64,000 bases of DNA from Octopus bimaculoides (taxonomy: Eukaryota). Below, piece after piece: positions 27,421-42,046 of the stretch; positions within the stretch are counted from its first letter, which is position 1, and every line of letters begins with the position of its first letter. The DNA lies in contig NC_069001.1 of assembly GCF_001194135.2 (NCBI RefSeq), positions 35,704,623 to 35,768,622 of the forward strand, given 5' to 3'. A model generated the notes under the pieces. It made no database searches, was not told the DNA's origin, and worked only from the letters and a program-made list of their open reading frames with translations. Both the position numbers and the translations under genes were made by a program.

Positions 27421-27870
27421 TGGCCCCAAAGTAGGTTTACAGTTATTCAACTATCTCCTTCACATTCATATATTAACAGTTTAGATCTTAATTATAAGAC
27501 AATATGAAACCCTTACTCTATGTTAATTTAGTTAATTTTGTCAAGCTCCCTTTTCACTCTGTAAGATAGAAATTTAAATGTAATAAGATGTTTTAAAAGA
27601 AATTTAAAGTGCCTATGGGTTAACTGTAAACCTACTTTTGGTTCTCTCCCTTGGCCAATGCCAGTACTGCCTGACTGGCCTGTGTGCCAGGAGCATGTAA
27701 AAGCACCCATTACACTCTTGGAGTGGTTGGTGTTAGGAAGGGCATCCAGCTGTAGAAACTGTGCCACATCAGATTGGAGACTGGTGCAGCCACCTGGCTC
27801 ACCAGCCCTCGGTCAAACCGTCCAACCCATGCCAGCATGGAAAGTGGACGTTAAACAACAACGACGATGA

Positions 27871-27911
<41 letters not shown>

Positions 27912-28815
27912 TACTGGGGTCAATTTGCTTAGGTAAAACCCTTCATGGTGTTGCACCAGCATGGTCACAGTCCAGTGACTAAAACATGTGAAAGGTGAAA
28001 GATAAAAGACGCACACACACACACACANNNNNNNNNNNNNNNNNNNNNNNNNNNNNNNNNNNNNNNNNNNNNNNNNNNNNNNNNNNNNNNNNNNNNNNNN
28101 NNNNNNNNNNNNNNNNNNNNNNNNNNNNNNNNNNNNNNNNNNNNNNNNNNNNNNNNNNNNNNNNNNNNNNNNNNNNNNNNNNNNNNNNNNNNNNNNNNNN
28201 NNNNNNNNNNNNNNNNNNNNNNNNNNNNNNNNNNNNNNNNNNNNNNNNNNNNNNNNNNNNNNNNNNNNNNNNNNNNNNNNNNNNNNNNNNNNNNNNNNNN
28301 NNNNNNNNNNNNNNNNNNNNNNNNNNNNNNNNNNNNNNNNNNNNNCCCACCACTACCATCACCCCCACCACCAATGCTACCACCACCATCATCACCCCCA
28401 CCACCAACGCTACCACCACCATCACCCCACCACCACTACCATCACCCCACCACCATCATCACCACCATCATCACCATCCTTTTGTATTAGATTGAGTTAA
28501 AGCATTGCCTTTGTCTTCTCTTTATTCTTAGTAAATAATCTCGCTTTTAATAAGTCTTCAACATGTTTTCAGATCAATATATCAATATTGATCTTTCTGC
28601 CTTTGGAACGTGACCACACATTCTGAAGTTAGCGACGTGACTTTGATGCCGCCATAGCAGCCGCAGCAGACAATATTTTGCAACCATCGTCCAAAATGTC
28701 AGTCAATAAATATTCTTGTGTTTTGCCGCTGACATCTGAAAAGCTGACATAATGAGCCAAATAAGGAAATTCGCATGCTTGCCAAACACATTTAACTTCC
28801 TGTTTATCTGGTTTC

Positions 28816-29577
28816 TTTCGTGATTTAATTCAATATTGGACAGCGTGGCATCACAGAAACTTGGTAAAAATTTTCTCTCAGAAGCAAATTTGAACATCGA
28901 TAAAGAGAATTAGTTGAAACTTATGGCTTTCTAGCCTTGCTAGAAATGAAAATGTATGTCTTTAAAAATTTAAAGCATTTATTAAAAAGGCCTTATGTCT
29001 GTGATGTTAGCCAAGTGTTCATTCCTGCCCCAAATATATTATAGACGGAATAGAAACAGTTGCAGAATTTTCGTGATTTAATTCAATATTGGACAGTATG
29101 ATATGATGTAAATTTGGTAAAAATTTTGTCTCAGAAGAAAATTTGAACATCGATAAAGAAAACTGTTGGGAATAAGTAGAAAGTTATTGTGTATAGCCTC
29201 GCTAGAATTTTTACAGCTAGAAATAAAAATGTGTCTTTAAAATTTAATGCATTTGTTTATATGGCCCTGAGTTTAAGATATTGCCAAGTGTTAATTCATG
29301 GCCCACTTATATGCTATAGATAGAATAGAAACAGTTTCAGAATTTCCATGGTTTAATTCAGTATTTGACTGCATGGCACCACAAAATCTCGGTAAATATT
29401 TTCTCTCAGAAGCAAATTTGAACATTGCTAAAATAAATTGTTGAGAATTAGTGGAATCTTATGGTTTTCTAACCTCTCTAGAATTTTTACTGCAAGAAAT
29501 AAAAATGTATGTCTTTAAAATTTAATGCATTTATTTATAAGGCTTAGAGTCAAAGATGCTGCCAAGCGTTGGTTCTT
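28816..29577. repeat. Tandem array of three ~253-274 bp units
   Basis: Units start at 28816, 29069 and 29343 (tttcgtgatttaattcaatattggacag...ctcagaagcaaatttgaacat...gtctttaaaatttaatgcattt...gccaagtgtt). Confidence 0.9.
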
Positions 29578-31640
29578 GTAGACTGTATGTATATATGGTG
29601 TAGGAATTAACACTTGGCAACATCTTAGACTCAAAGCCTTATAAATAAAGTGGTATAAAGTGTCAATTGCTTGCAGTCCACTGCAAAAACATGTCTGGTC
29701 TGCTTGTTGTTTGATAACGTAGCAGATTATTACATCACTTGGAAACAAGAAAGGCATCCAGCCATAGAAACCCTACCCTGGCATACTTTTCATCTGACCT
29801 TTGCAAACATGGAATGGAAAAGCCAACATTAAAACGATGATGGTGACTTACATATATTCTTCAAAAAGGATCGGTTTATTTTCTTGCTGTGCAAAAAATG
29901 GGATGGCTCATCAAACATCAGGCCCTCTCCCAGTTGTTTTATATGGGTTAAGCACCGGCGTTTAGAGATTTGTGGTATGCGAAAATATAAATTGAATCTT
30001 CATCATCATTGTCGTTGTCATCATCATTCTCACCATCATTCTCACCATCATTCTCCTCCTCCTCATCATCATCATAATCACTGTCAATGTCAGAGCAAAA
30101 GCAACCACAAGGAAATTTCAGATTTTTTCTTTTCTTCTTTCGTTTTCAAGTATTTCCTCAACCTCCTCCAGACAGTTTATTATCCTTTCAACTTTATATA
30201 AATTCATATTTGTTTATTTTTACTGTAAAAATAAAAAAAATAAAATGAAATAATTATGGTCACAGCTCTTGAACTGAAAACTAGTTAAAGAGTTAATTAA
30301 ATAAAAGCAAAAGAATAATTATTCCCTTATCAAATTATTTTATATTATTATTTTTCTTTTTTGTCATAAAAAAAAATTATCATAATAGTTGAAAATCTGT
30401 ATCTTATTCTTTTTGTATATGTGTGTTTCGGTTTCCACATGTTACTTTACTTAAAATGGGTGCAGGTATAGCCATGTGGTTCAGGCATTAGCTCTGTAAC
30501 CATGTGGTTTCTGGTTCTGTTCCATTGTGTGGAACTTTCGGTCTGTGTCTTCTTTGACTTTAGCTTTGGACTGACCCCTGCTGGGTGAGAGGAATTTTGC
30601 AGATGTACATATAACCACAGGTGTCATCCACAAGTGTGTATGACCTGTTGTCACGTACCATGACAAGAGAAACTGTGACTGCTTGCTGCACTTTAGTGCA
30701 AGCAATTGCACATGTAAATGCAGTCACACAATCAAATCATTATCATCATCTTAATGTTCACTTTTCCATGCTCATATGAGTCAGATGGAATTTATCAAGG
30801 CAGATTTTCCACAGCTGGATGCCCTTGCTGTTGCCAACCCTTACCCATTTCTATATAAGATAATATTTCTCCATGGCCAGACATGTTTCCGCAGAAGATT
30901 GGAAATGAACGACACTGCATGTATGACAATGACACTCATTTACGACTATCACTTGATGTCAAGACAAGGAGACGCAAACACACATGGATACACACACACA
31001 CACAACATACACACACACACACACATATATATGATGGGCTTCTGTCAGTTTTCAGCAACCAAACCTACTCAGTATGTGTTGACCAGTCTGGAGTTATAAT
31101 AGAAAACACCAGTCTTCTACTATACTAAGACAATCATGTTGTTTTGGGTTCAATCCCACTGCATAACACCAAGGTGCCGCGCAGTGGGACTGAACCACAA
31201 ACAACGTTTGAGAAATGAACTTCTTAACCACACAGCCATGGCCACATACCACAATTCCAATCCTACGGTCGGAGATTTCTTACAATGTTTTGTCTTCGCA
31301 GTAGGTTTTCTTTTTTTTTTGTTGTTTTCAAATCAAAGAACTTCTCTTGTTCTTCAAATTGTCAAACAAAAATAAATACCGATTCTTTGGGGATTTCAGG
31401 CAGCTTGTGATATACTGGCATTATGGTTATAACTAGAATCATCTGTCATCTATTATTGTCTTTGGTACTTAACCCACATGAGACCAATCCTGGTTCTCTG
31501 ATATGGAATCAGCCATTTCTAAAGGAATCGTGTGTAAATGAAGAAAATGAAAAGAGAAAGAAAGAAATTAGCTTCTGTTGTATTTTAATGCTGGAAACTT
31601 TTGTCTTTCTTTGTATTACATGCACCAGCTTAATAATAAC

Positions 31641-31687
<47 letters not shown>

Positions 31688-31693
31688 TAATAA

Positions 31694-31899
31694 TTCTTCA
31701 ATAAGAAACAAGGCCTGAAATTTGAGGGGAAGGGGATAGTCGATTACATCAAGCCCAGCGCTTAACTGGTACTTATTTCATTGACCCCGCCAAAGTATGG
31801 AAAGCAAAGTCAACCTCGGTGGAATTTGAACTGAGAATGTAAAGATGGACAAAATGCCATTAAGCTTTTGCCTGATGTGCTAACCATTCTGCCAGCTCA
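31694..31899 (-). mobile_element. Family A SINE
   Basis: Reverse-complement match, embedded between (AAT)n tracts. Confidence 0.8.
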
Positions 31900-31901
31900 G
31901 A

Positions 31902-31955
<54 letters not shown>

Positions 31956-32226
31956 CTTGGTAATTTTAGGCTGATTTCTTCCAAATTTCTTGATCATTTT
32001 CCAAAACTATGGCAAACACATAAGCAGCGTTTCTCATCAGAAAGAAATATAATCATGAAGTAGTTAATTGGTGGGTTAATTGGTGACATTTTATAAACAT
32101 GGAAATGCTTAACTCTTGGCAGGGTTATTTTCTTTTTTCTTTTTCTTTGTTATTTTCTTTTTTTTTTTTTTGCTCCTGAGTCTTAGATGCTATGGATATA
32201 ACATCTGAACAGAATACCAAAATATT

Positions 32227-32268
<42 letters not shown>

Positions 32269-32693
32269 CATAGGACCCTTCTGAATTAGGAACTATCAGT
32301 TAAGTATTATCCTATCCTAATGAAATTATCCATGAAATCAATTAAGCAATATCAGTTTATGTAATTAACATTAAAACCATGAACCCACAAATATGTTCCA
32401 CATTATAAACATGAAGGGTAAGTTCACAATAATGAGACACCAAGATATAAAAGATTTGCAAACAAGCTGATCAAACATAGATTCCCATCATCAGCTGCCC
32501 ATCAGTTATTACTATGGTTTCGACACATGGGCAGTCCCATTCAGCTATGTGTATATATATGTGTTTGTGTGTGTAGGTGTGTGTGTACATGTGTGTGCGT
32601 GTATGTGTGTGTTGGGGTGGGCCAACCACAAATACAAAGATACACATAATTATTGATAAATAGCTAGATATGTGTGTGTATATACATACACAC

Positions 32694-32728
<35 letters not shown>

Positions 32729-32968
32729 NNNNNNNNNNNNNNNNNNNNNNNNNNNNNNNNNNNNNNNNNNNNNNNNNNNNNNNNNNNNNNNNNNNNNNNN
32801 NNNNNNNNNNNNNNNNNNNNNNNNNNNNNNNNNNNNNNNNNNNNNNNNNNNNNNNNNNNNNNNNNNNNNNNNNNNNNNNNNNNNNNNNNNNNNNNNNNNN
32901 NNNNNNNNNNNNNNNNNNNNNNNNNNNNNNNNNNNNNNNNNNNNNNNNNNNNNNNNNNNNTATATATT

Positions 32969-33134
32969 GCATGCGTGGTTGTGTGGTAAGAAGCTTGCTC
33001 CCTGACACCATGGTTCTGGGTTCAGTCCCGCTACATGGCACTTTGGGTATGTGTCTTTTGCTATAGCCCCAGGTCAACCAAAGCCTTGTGAGTGGATTTG
33101 GCAGGCAGAAACCGAAAGAGGCCCATTGTATATA

Positions 33135-33174
<40 letters not shown>

Positions 33175-33381
33175 CATATGTGTGTGTGTATGTGTGAATG
33201 TCTTTGTGCTTGACAACTGGTATTGGTGTGTTTGTATCCCTGTAACTTAGCGGTTCAGCAAAAGATACTGATAGAATAAGTACCAAAGTTAGCAAAATAT
33301 CAAGTCCTGGGACTGATTAATTTGACTAAAAATTTTTCAGCATGGCTGCAGTCTAATGACTGAAACAAGTAAAAGTAAAAG
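32969..33381 (+). mobile_element. Family B SINE, full copy with internal deletion in 3' module
   Basis: Head gtggttgtgtggtaagaagc, internal (TA)n(TG)n, tail aatgactgaaacaagtaaaag. Confidence 0.8.
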
Positions 33382-33819
33382 ATATATAAAGAGCTTCCGC
33401 ACAGTTTCCCCTCTACCAAATAGACCCGCAAGGTCTGGGGTTACAGTAGAAGACACTTGCTCATGGTGCCACATGGTGGAAGTGAACTTGACACCACATG
33501 GCTGCAAATCAAGCTTCCTAACCATGTGGCCATGTGTATGCCTGTCTATTTATGTATTTGTGTTGTTGTTCTTTGCTTTCTAATCTTGAAATTTTTGCTT
33601 CATCTTAAAAAATGAAATGGTTCTGGGTGTATATATATACATACATATATACATACATACATGCCTGCATATATACAAATGCGTATGGTATCACCTATGA
33701 ATATATAAACACAAGGTCTACCTCCCACATCGAAGAAATGAAATACTTCTTGAAGAAATATATGGTCTAAATATTCCATAAGGATATGGTTTACTAGTTA
33801 AATCACAATGACAGGTCAT

Positions 33820-34250
33820 CATCATCGTCATCGTTGCCATCGTTGTCATCATCATCATTATCGTCGTTGTCATCGTCATCATTATTGTCATCACCATCGA
33901 CATCCTCAACGTCGTCATCATCATCATCATCATCGTCATCATCAATATCATCATCATCATCATCATCATCGTCATCGTCATCATCGTCGTCAAAATTATT
34001 ATCATCGTTGTCATCGTCATCATTGTTGTCATCATCATCAACATAATTACTGTCGTCGTCATTGTCATCATCATTGTCATCGTTATCATCAACGTCGTCA
34101 TCATCATCATCACTGTCATCACCATCGTCATCATCGTCATCGTCGAAATCATCACCATCATCATCACAAACATTTCATCGCCATCGTTGTCGTCACCATT
34201 ATCATTGTCATCATCATCATCGTCATTGTCATCATCGCCGTCGGCTGCAA
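33820..34250. repeat. Mosaic (CAT/CGT/TGT)n trinucleotide tract
   Basis: Visible triplet mosaic. Similar tracts at 252-530, 2360-2535, 10160-10270, 15240-15320, 56305-56640. Confidence 0.95.
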
Positions 34251-34680
34251 ATGGAATCATAATAATAGGCCAAGCCAGCAATGAGGGCAGAAAGCAGGAG
34301 GAGAGGGGAGGGGAGAGGGGAGACATTGTGGAAAGCATGGCAGGTTTTGTGCTGTAGGTCTTTAAGTAAAAAGATAAACAAACAAATGCATTGAATAACC
34401 TGGGATTGTCAGGAAAGCTGTGTGTGCTTCTTCCACCCACCCACACAGACAGACATACAGGGACATAGATATATTAGCGTGTGTGTGTGTGTGTGTGTGT
34501 GGAGGAACACCAGGTGACCTTACTGTTAGGGCTCAGGAAGAAATGGTTTCAAATGTACCGCACTTCCTTGAATTAGATAACACTTGTCTGAGACATGGCA
34601 AGACAAGTTATAGCTTGACAAAAATTGCCTGTTCACTACATGCCATGTTCATGTGTACTCACATGCACATACATACACAC

Positions 34681-34730
<50 letters not shown>

Positions 34731-35434
34731 ATATGTATATATATANNNNNNNNNNNNNNNNNNNNNNNNNNNNNNNNNNNNNNNNNNNNNNNNNNNNNNN
34801 NNNNNNNNNNNNNNNNNNNNNNNNNNNNNNNNNNNNNNNNNNNNNNNNNNNNNNNNNNNNNNNNNNNNNNNNNNNNNNNNNNNNNNNNNNNNNNNNNNNN
34901 NNNNNNNNNNNNNNNNNNNNNNNNNNNNNNNNNNNNNNNNNNNNNNNNNNNNNNNNNNNNNNNNNNNNNNNNNNNNNNNNNNNNNNNNNNNNNNNNNNNN
35001 NNNNNNNNNNNNNNNNNNNNNNNNNNNNNNNNNNNNNNNNNNNNNNNNNNNNNNNNNNNNNNNNNNNNNNNNNNNNNNNNNNNNNNNNNNNNNNNNNNNN
35101 NNNNNNNNNNNNNNNNNNNNNNNNNNNNNNNNNNNNNNNNNNNNNNNNNNNNNNNNNNNNNNNNNNNNNNNNNNNNNNNNNNNNNNNNNNNNNNNNNNNN
35201 NNNNNNNNNNNNNNNNNNNNNNNNNNNNNNNNNNNNNNNNNNNNNNNNNNNNNNNNNNNNNNNNNNNNNNNNNNNNNNNNNNNNNNNNNNNNNNNNNNNN
35301 NNNNNNNNNNNNNNNNNNNNNNNNNNNNNNNNNNNNNNNNNNNNNNNNNNNNNNNNNNNNNNNNNNNNNNNNNNNNNNNNNNNNNNNNNNNNNNNNNNNN
35401 NNNNNNNNNNNNNNNNNNNNNNNNNNNNNNNNNN

Positions 35435-35491
<57 letters not shown>

Positions 35492-36924
35492 AAAGGATGT
35501 GTTATAATACTATTCCACAGTCATACCAAAAATCCAACATACGTCCATCATCAGCTGGAAATATAAGCCTCCACATTGCCAGATGACAATCTAGACTTTT
35601 CTATAATATTATATATATTAGTGATTTAATGCTTGTGTGATTGTGTGTGTGTGTGTGTGTGTTCTTGTCTGTTGCCATAGAGGTTGAAGCTTAAGTGTCA
35701 GGAAGTGGTTTAGCTTGGAATCCCTGTGGATCTGGTTTCAATTCCTTGTGGAACCATTTGTTTATTTTGTTTCACTTGCATGAAAAGCCATGTTTTGTGA
35801 AATCAATTAAACTTATAACTTTTATACTTCCTTCCATTATCACCACCACCACCATAATCACCCTCATCATCATCATCATCATCATCACCACTTTCGTCCT
35901 CCTCATCATCATCATCGTTATCACACATCTGCTTTTCCTTACTGGTTTTGTTTTTTGTTATTTTTGTTCCGGTCCAACATCTTGCGGCTGATTGTGGTCA
36001 TTTCCAAGGGTGTTAGCCATGGTGTGAACGCTACACAGAGAGGCCACTTCAAAAGGGTTTGGGTAGGGACAAGCATATTGAATGTATGTTATGTTTAAGG
36101 AATTAAAGAGGCAAAGGGCAGCCCATTTGTTTACCACAACCAGGTAACCAGAGCCCACAGTATGTCACAACTTCCTTTCTCATCAAAAACATAAAACAAA
36201 CAAAAAAAAACACAACAAAGTTGTTCTTTTTATATTTTGCATGAATTATATCTTGAAGCTCTTTCTGTTGCCTAATCATTTTACAGCATTGACTGGGTGA
36301 ATATTATCACACCTCCAACACTGGAGAGGTTGTCTGTCTGATGCAGGCGTAAAGTGTCCTCCCTTTGTCTTTTTAGTTTTTTTTCTGGGGTGACTGTATT
36401 CCCATATGAGATACATTTAATGCAGTTTTGAGTGAATTCAGTCATTCTCACCTAAAGTTTTAAAAAAGGGTTGATTACCTGTTTAATGGATAGTATTGAT
36501 TACAAAATAATGAAGCCAAACAAGATAGGTGTTTGCTTTTTGTTTATTTTTTTCATGTTGCATATCACACCTCAGTCATTGGCATAAATTGTTAATGTAA
36601 TAGAAACCAGAGTTACATTTCATGTTTCTGTTTAAACCATTTTTTAGGATGATATTTGTTATGAAACACCGTGTCTATGTATTTCAGTTAATGATGCTGC
36701 TGATGCTGCTGCTGCTGCTGCTGATGATGATGATGATGACGATCATGATGATCATGATCGTCATCATCATCATCATCGTCGTTTAACATCTGCTTTCTAT
36801 GCTGTCATGGGTTGGATGATTCAACAAGAGCTGGCAAACTAGAAAGCTACACCAGGCTCCAGTCATTTGCTTTGGCATGGTTTCTACAGCCGGATGCCCT
36901 TCCTAATGCCAACCACTAAATAGA

Positions 36925-37140
36925 GTGGACTGGATGCTTTTCGTGTGGCACCAGATGGGCACTTTGTATGTGGCACAAGCATGGGTGCTTATTAATTGAC
37001 ACCAGCACAGTTGCTTCATATAAGGCACCAATGTGAGTGTTTTTACATGGTACCAGTATAAGTGACTTTTACATGGCACCAGCAGGGTTGCTTTTTAAGT
37101 GGCGCTAGCACGGGAGCTTTTTATGTGACACCTACGTGGG
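36925..37140. repeat. Degenerate ~26 bp array (about 8 units) inside family C element
   Basis: gctttt.atgtggcaccagca.gggt-like units; the same unit is duplicated at 47041-47100. Confidence 0.7.
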
Positions 37141-37417
37141 TCACCAGATAATCAAGAATTTCAAGGGATTCGGTAAAAACTGGCTAAAATTTAACACAGC
37201 ACAATTCATTCTCAATAGATTCTGGTAAATTCAAATTTGATGCCGCTGATAGTCGTTGCTTTTTGTCATTGGATAACTTCTGTACTCTTTAGATGATATG
37301 TGCTCATAATACACATGATTCATTGATGTAAGAGGACTTTTTGAGACTCCATGGTGTTTCAACACTTTTGTATGTCTCCTCAGTCAATCTTACCTCCAGA
37401 TTAATGAAACTAACAAG

Positions 37418-37731
37418 AGTATTCGGTCTCTTTTGCCGAACTGATAAGTTACGGGCACATAAACACACCAGCATCGGTTGTCAAGCGATGTTGGGGGGAC
37501 AAACACACACACACAAATACATATATATATATATATATATATAGATAGATAGATAGATATATATATATGATGGGCTTCTTTCAGTTTGCGTCTACCAAAT
37601 CCACTCAAAAGGCTTTGGTCAGCCCGAAGCTAGGGTAGGAGACACTTGCCTAAGGTGCCACACAGTGGGAATGAACCCGGAACCATGTGGCTGGTAAGCA
37701 AGTTACTTACCACATATTCACTCCTGCGCCT
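37418..37731 (-). mobile_element. Family B SINE, 3'-truncated copy
   Basis: Matches head and first half of the 3' module on the minus strand; ends ctcctgcgcct (SINE 5' end). Confidence 0.8.
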
Positions 37732-38174
37732 ATATATATATATATTTTTTGGGGATTATTTTCAACCAACTTTCTGTTCTTCCAAAATTCCCATGATAGT
37801 CCACTATTTACTGCGATTCCCAATCAATAAAAATGACTGTTCTAGTTTCACCATCCCGCTGCTACAGAGATAGATTTATAATTTCACAGTTCTGTAATCG
37901 CCAATAATCAATAATCGTCAGATTTTGCTCTAAACATATTGTTGGAGCGGAACCGGTGTCACTAATTTACATAGTCGTAGATTCAGAGAAGGAGGAGGAG
38001 GAGGACAAAGAGAGAAGCGAGAGAAGTGGGAGGAGGAGATGGAAGAGATGCACACATTGCAGTTGCCCAGTTCTCTTCCGCAAATTTGAAGCAGCGAACT
38101 TAATCATTTATTCTCAATTAATATAAATATATATATACATATATATATATATATTTGTATGTGTGTGTGTGATG

Positions 38175-38211
<37 letters not shown>

Positions 38212-38298
38212 NNNNNNNNNNTATATATATATATAGATAGATAGATAGATAGATAGACAGGCAGACAGATATGTGTGTGTATGTATATATGTATGTAT

Positions 38299-38344
<46 letters not shown>

Positions 38345-38384
38345 GTATGTATATATATTTGTGTACTCATGCTCACACACTTCA

Positions 38385-38870
38385 GACCACAGAACATAAG
38401 CAATCTGTCTAAACTATACGCCACAAGAGCACCTCCGATAAATTCCAGAGTATTTCAAGGTTCAATACTTTACCAATTCTTCACAAAGAATTTCCTGAAG
38501 TCTCCAATAACAACACCATTCCTTCTACTCCCTGTTATTATTGTCTGCCTGATAGTCACCATTCTTCTCTTAACACCCGTCTCTTGTACTTTATTCGGAC
38601 AATGAAATTCTATTGTTCAAGAAAACAGTCTTTATATTCTCCTCTTTGGTTATTCTATTTCCTATAATTAGCTTATTTTATTGATTGACGTCTCTTCGAT
38701 TCTTAGAATTCGGTAGTTTGATTTTGCATTGTAACCAATAACCTTCTCCCTCATTTAACAACTTATTCTAAGTGCATTCTGAATGATGGCCGTCCAGCAA
38801 GAAAATCCCTTCCAATTATGGTCTTTACATTTCTTCTCACCGAAAAGGTGATGCAGTAATAAATGATGTT
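38385..38870 (+). mobile_element. Decayed CR1/L2-like LINE reverse transcriptase fragment
   Basis: NSRVFQGSIL (38441-38470; cf. SGVPQGSxL), ITTPFLL, CTLFGQ* (38585; cf. KCxxLHFG), IVTNNL (38728; cf. DLGIIVxxNL), in the expected order across frameshifts. Confidence 0.6.
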
Positions 38871-39079
38871 TTCTAGATGTCCTTTTTTAACAGTTCCTCT
38901 ATAATTAATACTCGTTAATTGTTAACTGTCAAAGGCAGGGAATTGGCACAGATGATGAAGCATAAGCTAGATGGCTTACAGTATTTGTTTAAGGTCGCAA
39001 GCTGACAGAATCGTTAGAGCACCGGGTAAAATGATTAGTGGTATTTCATCCATCCTTACGTTCTGAGTTCAAATTCCAC

Positions 39080-39420
39080 CATCATCATCATCGTTTAACG
39101 TCCGCTTTCCATGCTAGCATGGGTTGGACAGTTTGACTAAGGACTGGCGAGACCAGATGGCTACACCAGGCTCCAATCTGATCTGGCAGAGTTTCTACAG
39201 CTGGATGCCCTTTCTAATGCCAAACACTCCGAGAGTGTGGTGGGTGCTTTCATGTGCCACCAGCACAAAGGCCAGTCAGGCAGTACTGGCAATGGCCACG
39301 CTCAAAATGGTGTATTTTACATGCCATCTGCACAGGAGCCAGTCTAGCAGCACTGGCAACGATCTCGCTCGAATGTCTTACATGTGCCACCGGCACAAGT
39401 GCCAGGAAGGTGACACTGAT
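39080..39420 (-). mobile_element. Family C retroposon, interrupting a family A SINE
   Basis: catcatcatcgtttaacgtccgctttccatgctagc...; begins exactly where the family A copy (38930-39080) stops after gagttcaaattccac. Confidence 0.8.
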
Positions 39421-41732
39421 GGTCATATTAAGTTGTGGACAGAGTAACAAATGAAGAAAATCTGAACAATGCCATACCTCTCTAAAAACCAAAACCTGTG
39501 GCCTGAAATACTTATGCATGTATGTATGTATTATGTGTACGTATGTATGTACGTGCACATGGAGATAGTGAAAGAAAGAAAGAGAGAGAGATATTATATA
39601 TACATACTAACATAACTAGAGGCTGACACACATAAATAGAGTGCAAAAGAAACATTGAAATGCCTGCTGTCAAATAAGACGGAATCAAATCAGAAATACC
39701 AAAACGATGGCACTAAAACAATTGTGCTGGCACATCTCATTATCCCTCCTCAAAAACCAACTGTACAGGTTAGAAGAAAATCAAGAAGTAGAAACAGAAG
39801 CAAACATTTACACTTTTTGTCTCTCTCTTTTTTTTTTTTTCTTGATATTTTGACCAAACAACGCCCTTGTCGTAGCTGAAGTGGAGCAAAATGTCATTCT
39901 GACATAGGCAGAGAGACAATGTCAAATATTGGACCGAAAGGGCGTTACGATATTATGCAGTTAGCTGTTGTTGGATTAACTAATTAGTACCATGTAATTG
40001 CAACAGTTAGGACTTTCTTGATGAATTTTATTTTGAAGCTGCATTTTAATTTTATCATGTAAAAATATCCATGTTTTTGCATTCTTTTTTATATTATTTT
40101 TATTGTGTTTCTTTTGTCCTTTGGTTTGTTGTAATTTTGTGTTTGGTTTGAAATGCTACACAAAAGGGGTTATATCTCCTTCTGATGGTAATTTTATGCA
40201 TACATGCAAAAATTTAAGCATGCATATGTACGCATGTATAAAGTCAGATATACACAGGTATTCAGATGCATGCAACTACAAACACACATAAACACATACA
40301 AAAGCAGATGCAAGTAAATACACATGCACAGTTATATAAGCAAGTACAGACATGCATATATACAAACACAAGCAAAACAATACACTCACACATAAACATA
40401 GACACAGAAATATATACATACACATATAAAGATATATGCGTACATATGGAAAAAGACATACACACACACACAACCATAGCACAAGCATGGAAAATATATA
40501 CACACTCACACACACAAATATATATAGGTAGACACACAAATGCACATAGATATAAACATAAACACACAAACACATAGAAAAACAAATGCACACAAACACA
40601 CGTACAGATATGGAAAAACACATGCATATACGACACACATGGAAAATACCTTTGCAAATATACACACACAAAAAACATACATTTAAAAATATACACACAC
40701 GCAAATATAACGTACATACACACTTATAAACATAGCTGCACAAACGCACATGGAAAAATAGATTCATATATATACACCCAAACACATGCTAACACACTCG
40801 TGCATACATAGGCATACTCAGACAGACACATGAAAATTTGCATACACACATTGTTTTGCATACACACAAAAACAAAAAAACAAAATGTTTTGCAAAATTC
40901 CTGTTCCTGTAGATGTCCTTCTTCACATGGAACCAATCCATCATTTTGGCAAGGAACTTAGAGTTTCCCAGTTAAATTCTAAAAGCACTGCGTTCCCCCC
41001 CCCCAACACCAACACAACCCAAACTCGTCTGCATGCACAGACACACACACTCAGACACACACACAGACAAACGCACACACAAGCATACACACATGCATGC
41101 ACACACATATACAGTCACATACACACACACACATACACACACACATACACATACATGCACACTCATACACATACACACACACATGCGTGCATACAGAAAC
41201 AAATTCATAAATACACACACAAACACGCATATGCACACAGATATACAGAGGTAGGCACGCAAACTCATGCACATGCGCACAATTTGATTTCGTATTCCTT
41301 CCCATCCTCTTCTATTTAAACCTGCGCTTACCCACCCACCCGTGCCTATCCCTCATCACACCAGTTAACCTCTGACTAACACTGAGTCGGCAGAGCCTTC
41401 ACTGCAAGGAATTTGAAATGAAGTTTTAATCCAATATCAGAAAGATTTGGCTTTTTTTTCTTTTTGTTTTTTTGGAACCAGCTGTCACCAGCTCTAATAT
41501 CACANNNNNNNNNNNNNNNNNNNNNNNNNNNNNNNNNNNNNNNNNNNNNNNNNNNNNNNNNNNNNNNNNNNNNNNNNNNNNNNNNNNNNNNNNNNNNNNN
41601 NNNNNNNNNNNNNNNNNNNNNNNNNNNNNNNNNNNNNNNNNNNNNNNNNNNNNNNNNNNNNNNNNNNNNNNNNNNNNNNNNNNNNNNNNNNNNNNNNNNN
41701 NNNNNNNNNNNNNNNNNNNNNNNNNNNNNNNN

Positions 41733-41980
41733 GGCTCCTGTGCGGGTGGCACATAAAATACACCATTTTGAGCATGGCCGTTGCCAGTACCACCTGACTG
41801 GCCTTCGTGCCAGTGGCATGTAAAAGCACCCACTACACTCTCTGAGTGGTTGGCGTTAGGAAAGGCATCCAGCTGTAGAAACTCTGCCAAATCAGACTGG
41901 AGCCTGGTGTAGCCATTTGGTTTCACCAGTCATCAGTCAAATCGTCCAACCCATGCCAGCATGGAAAGCAGACGTTAAAC

Positions 41981-42010
<30 letters not shown>
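41733..42010 (+). mobile_element. Family C (GAT)n-tailed retroposon (LINE 3' end or derived SINE)
   Basis: ...gagtggttggcgttaggaaaggcatccagctgtagaaactctgcc...aacccatgccagcatggaaagcagacgttaaacgatgatgat. Variable 5' truncation with a constant 3' end and (GAT)n tail. Confidence 0.8.
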
Positions 42011-42011
<1 letters not shown>

Positions 42012-42046
42012 GTTGCTGTTATCAATATTGTTGTTATTGTTGATGG

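Noticed and set aside
33718-34446. His-, Asp-, Met- or Ser-rich ORFs (also 1963-2624, 56251-56692)
   Set aside because: They arise from CAT/GAT triplet mosaics open in several frames on both strands, with no splice or domain support.
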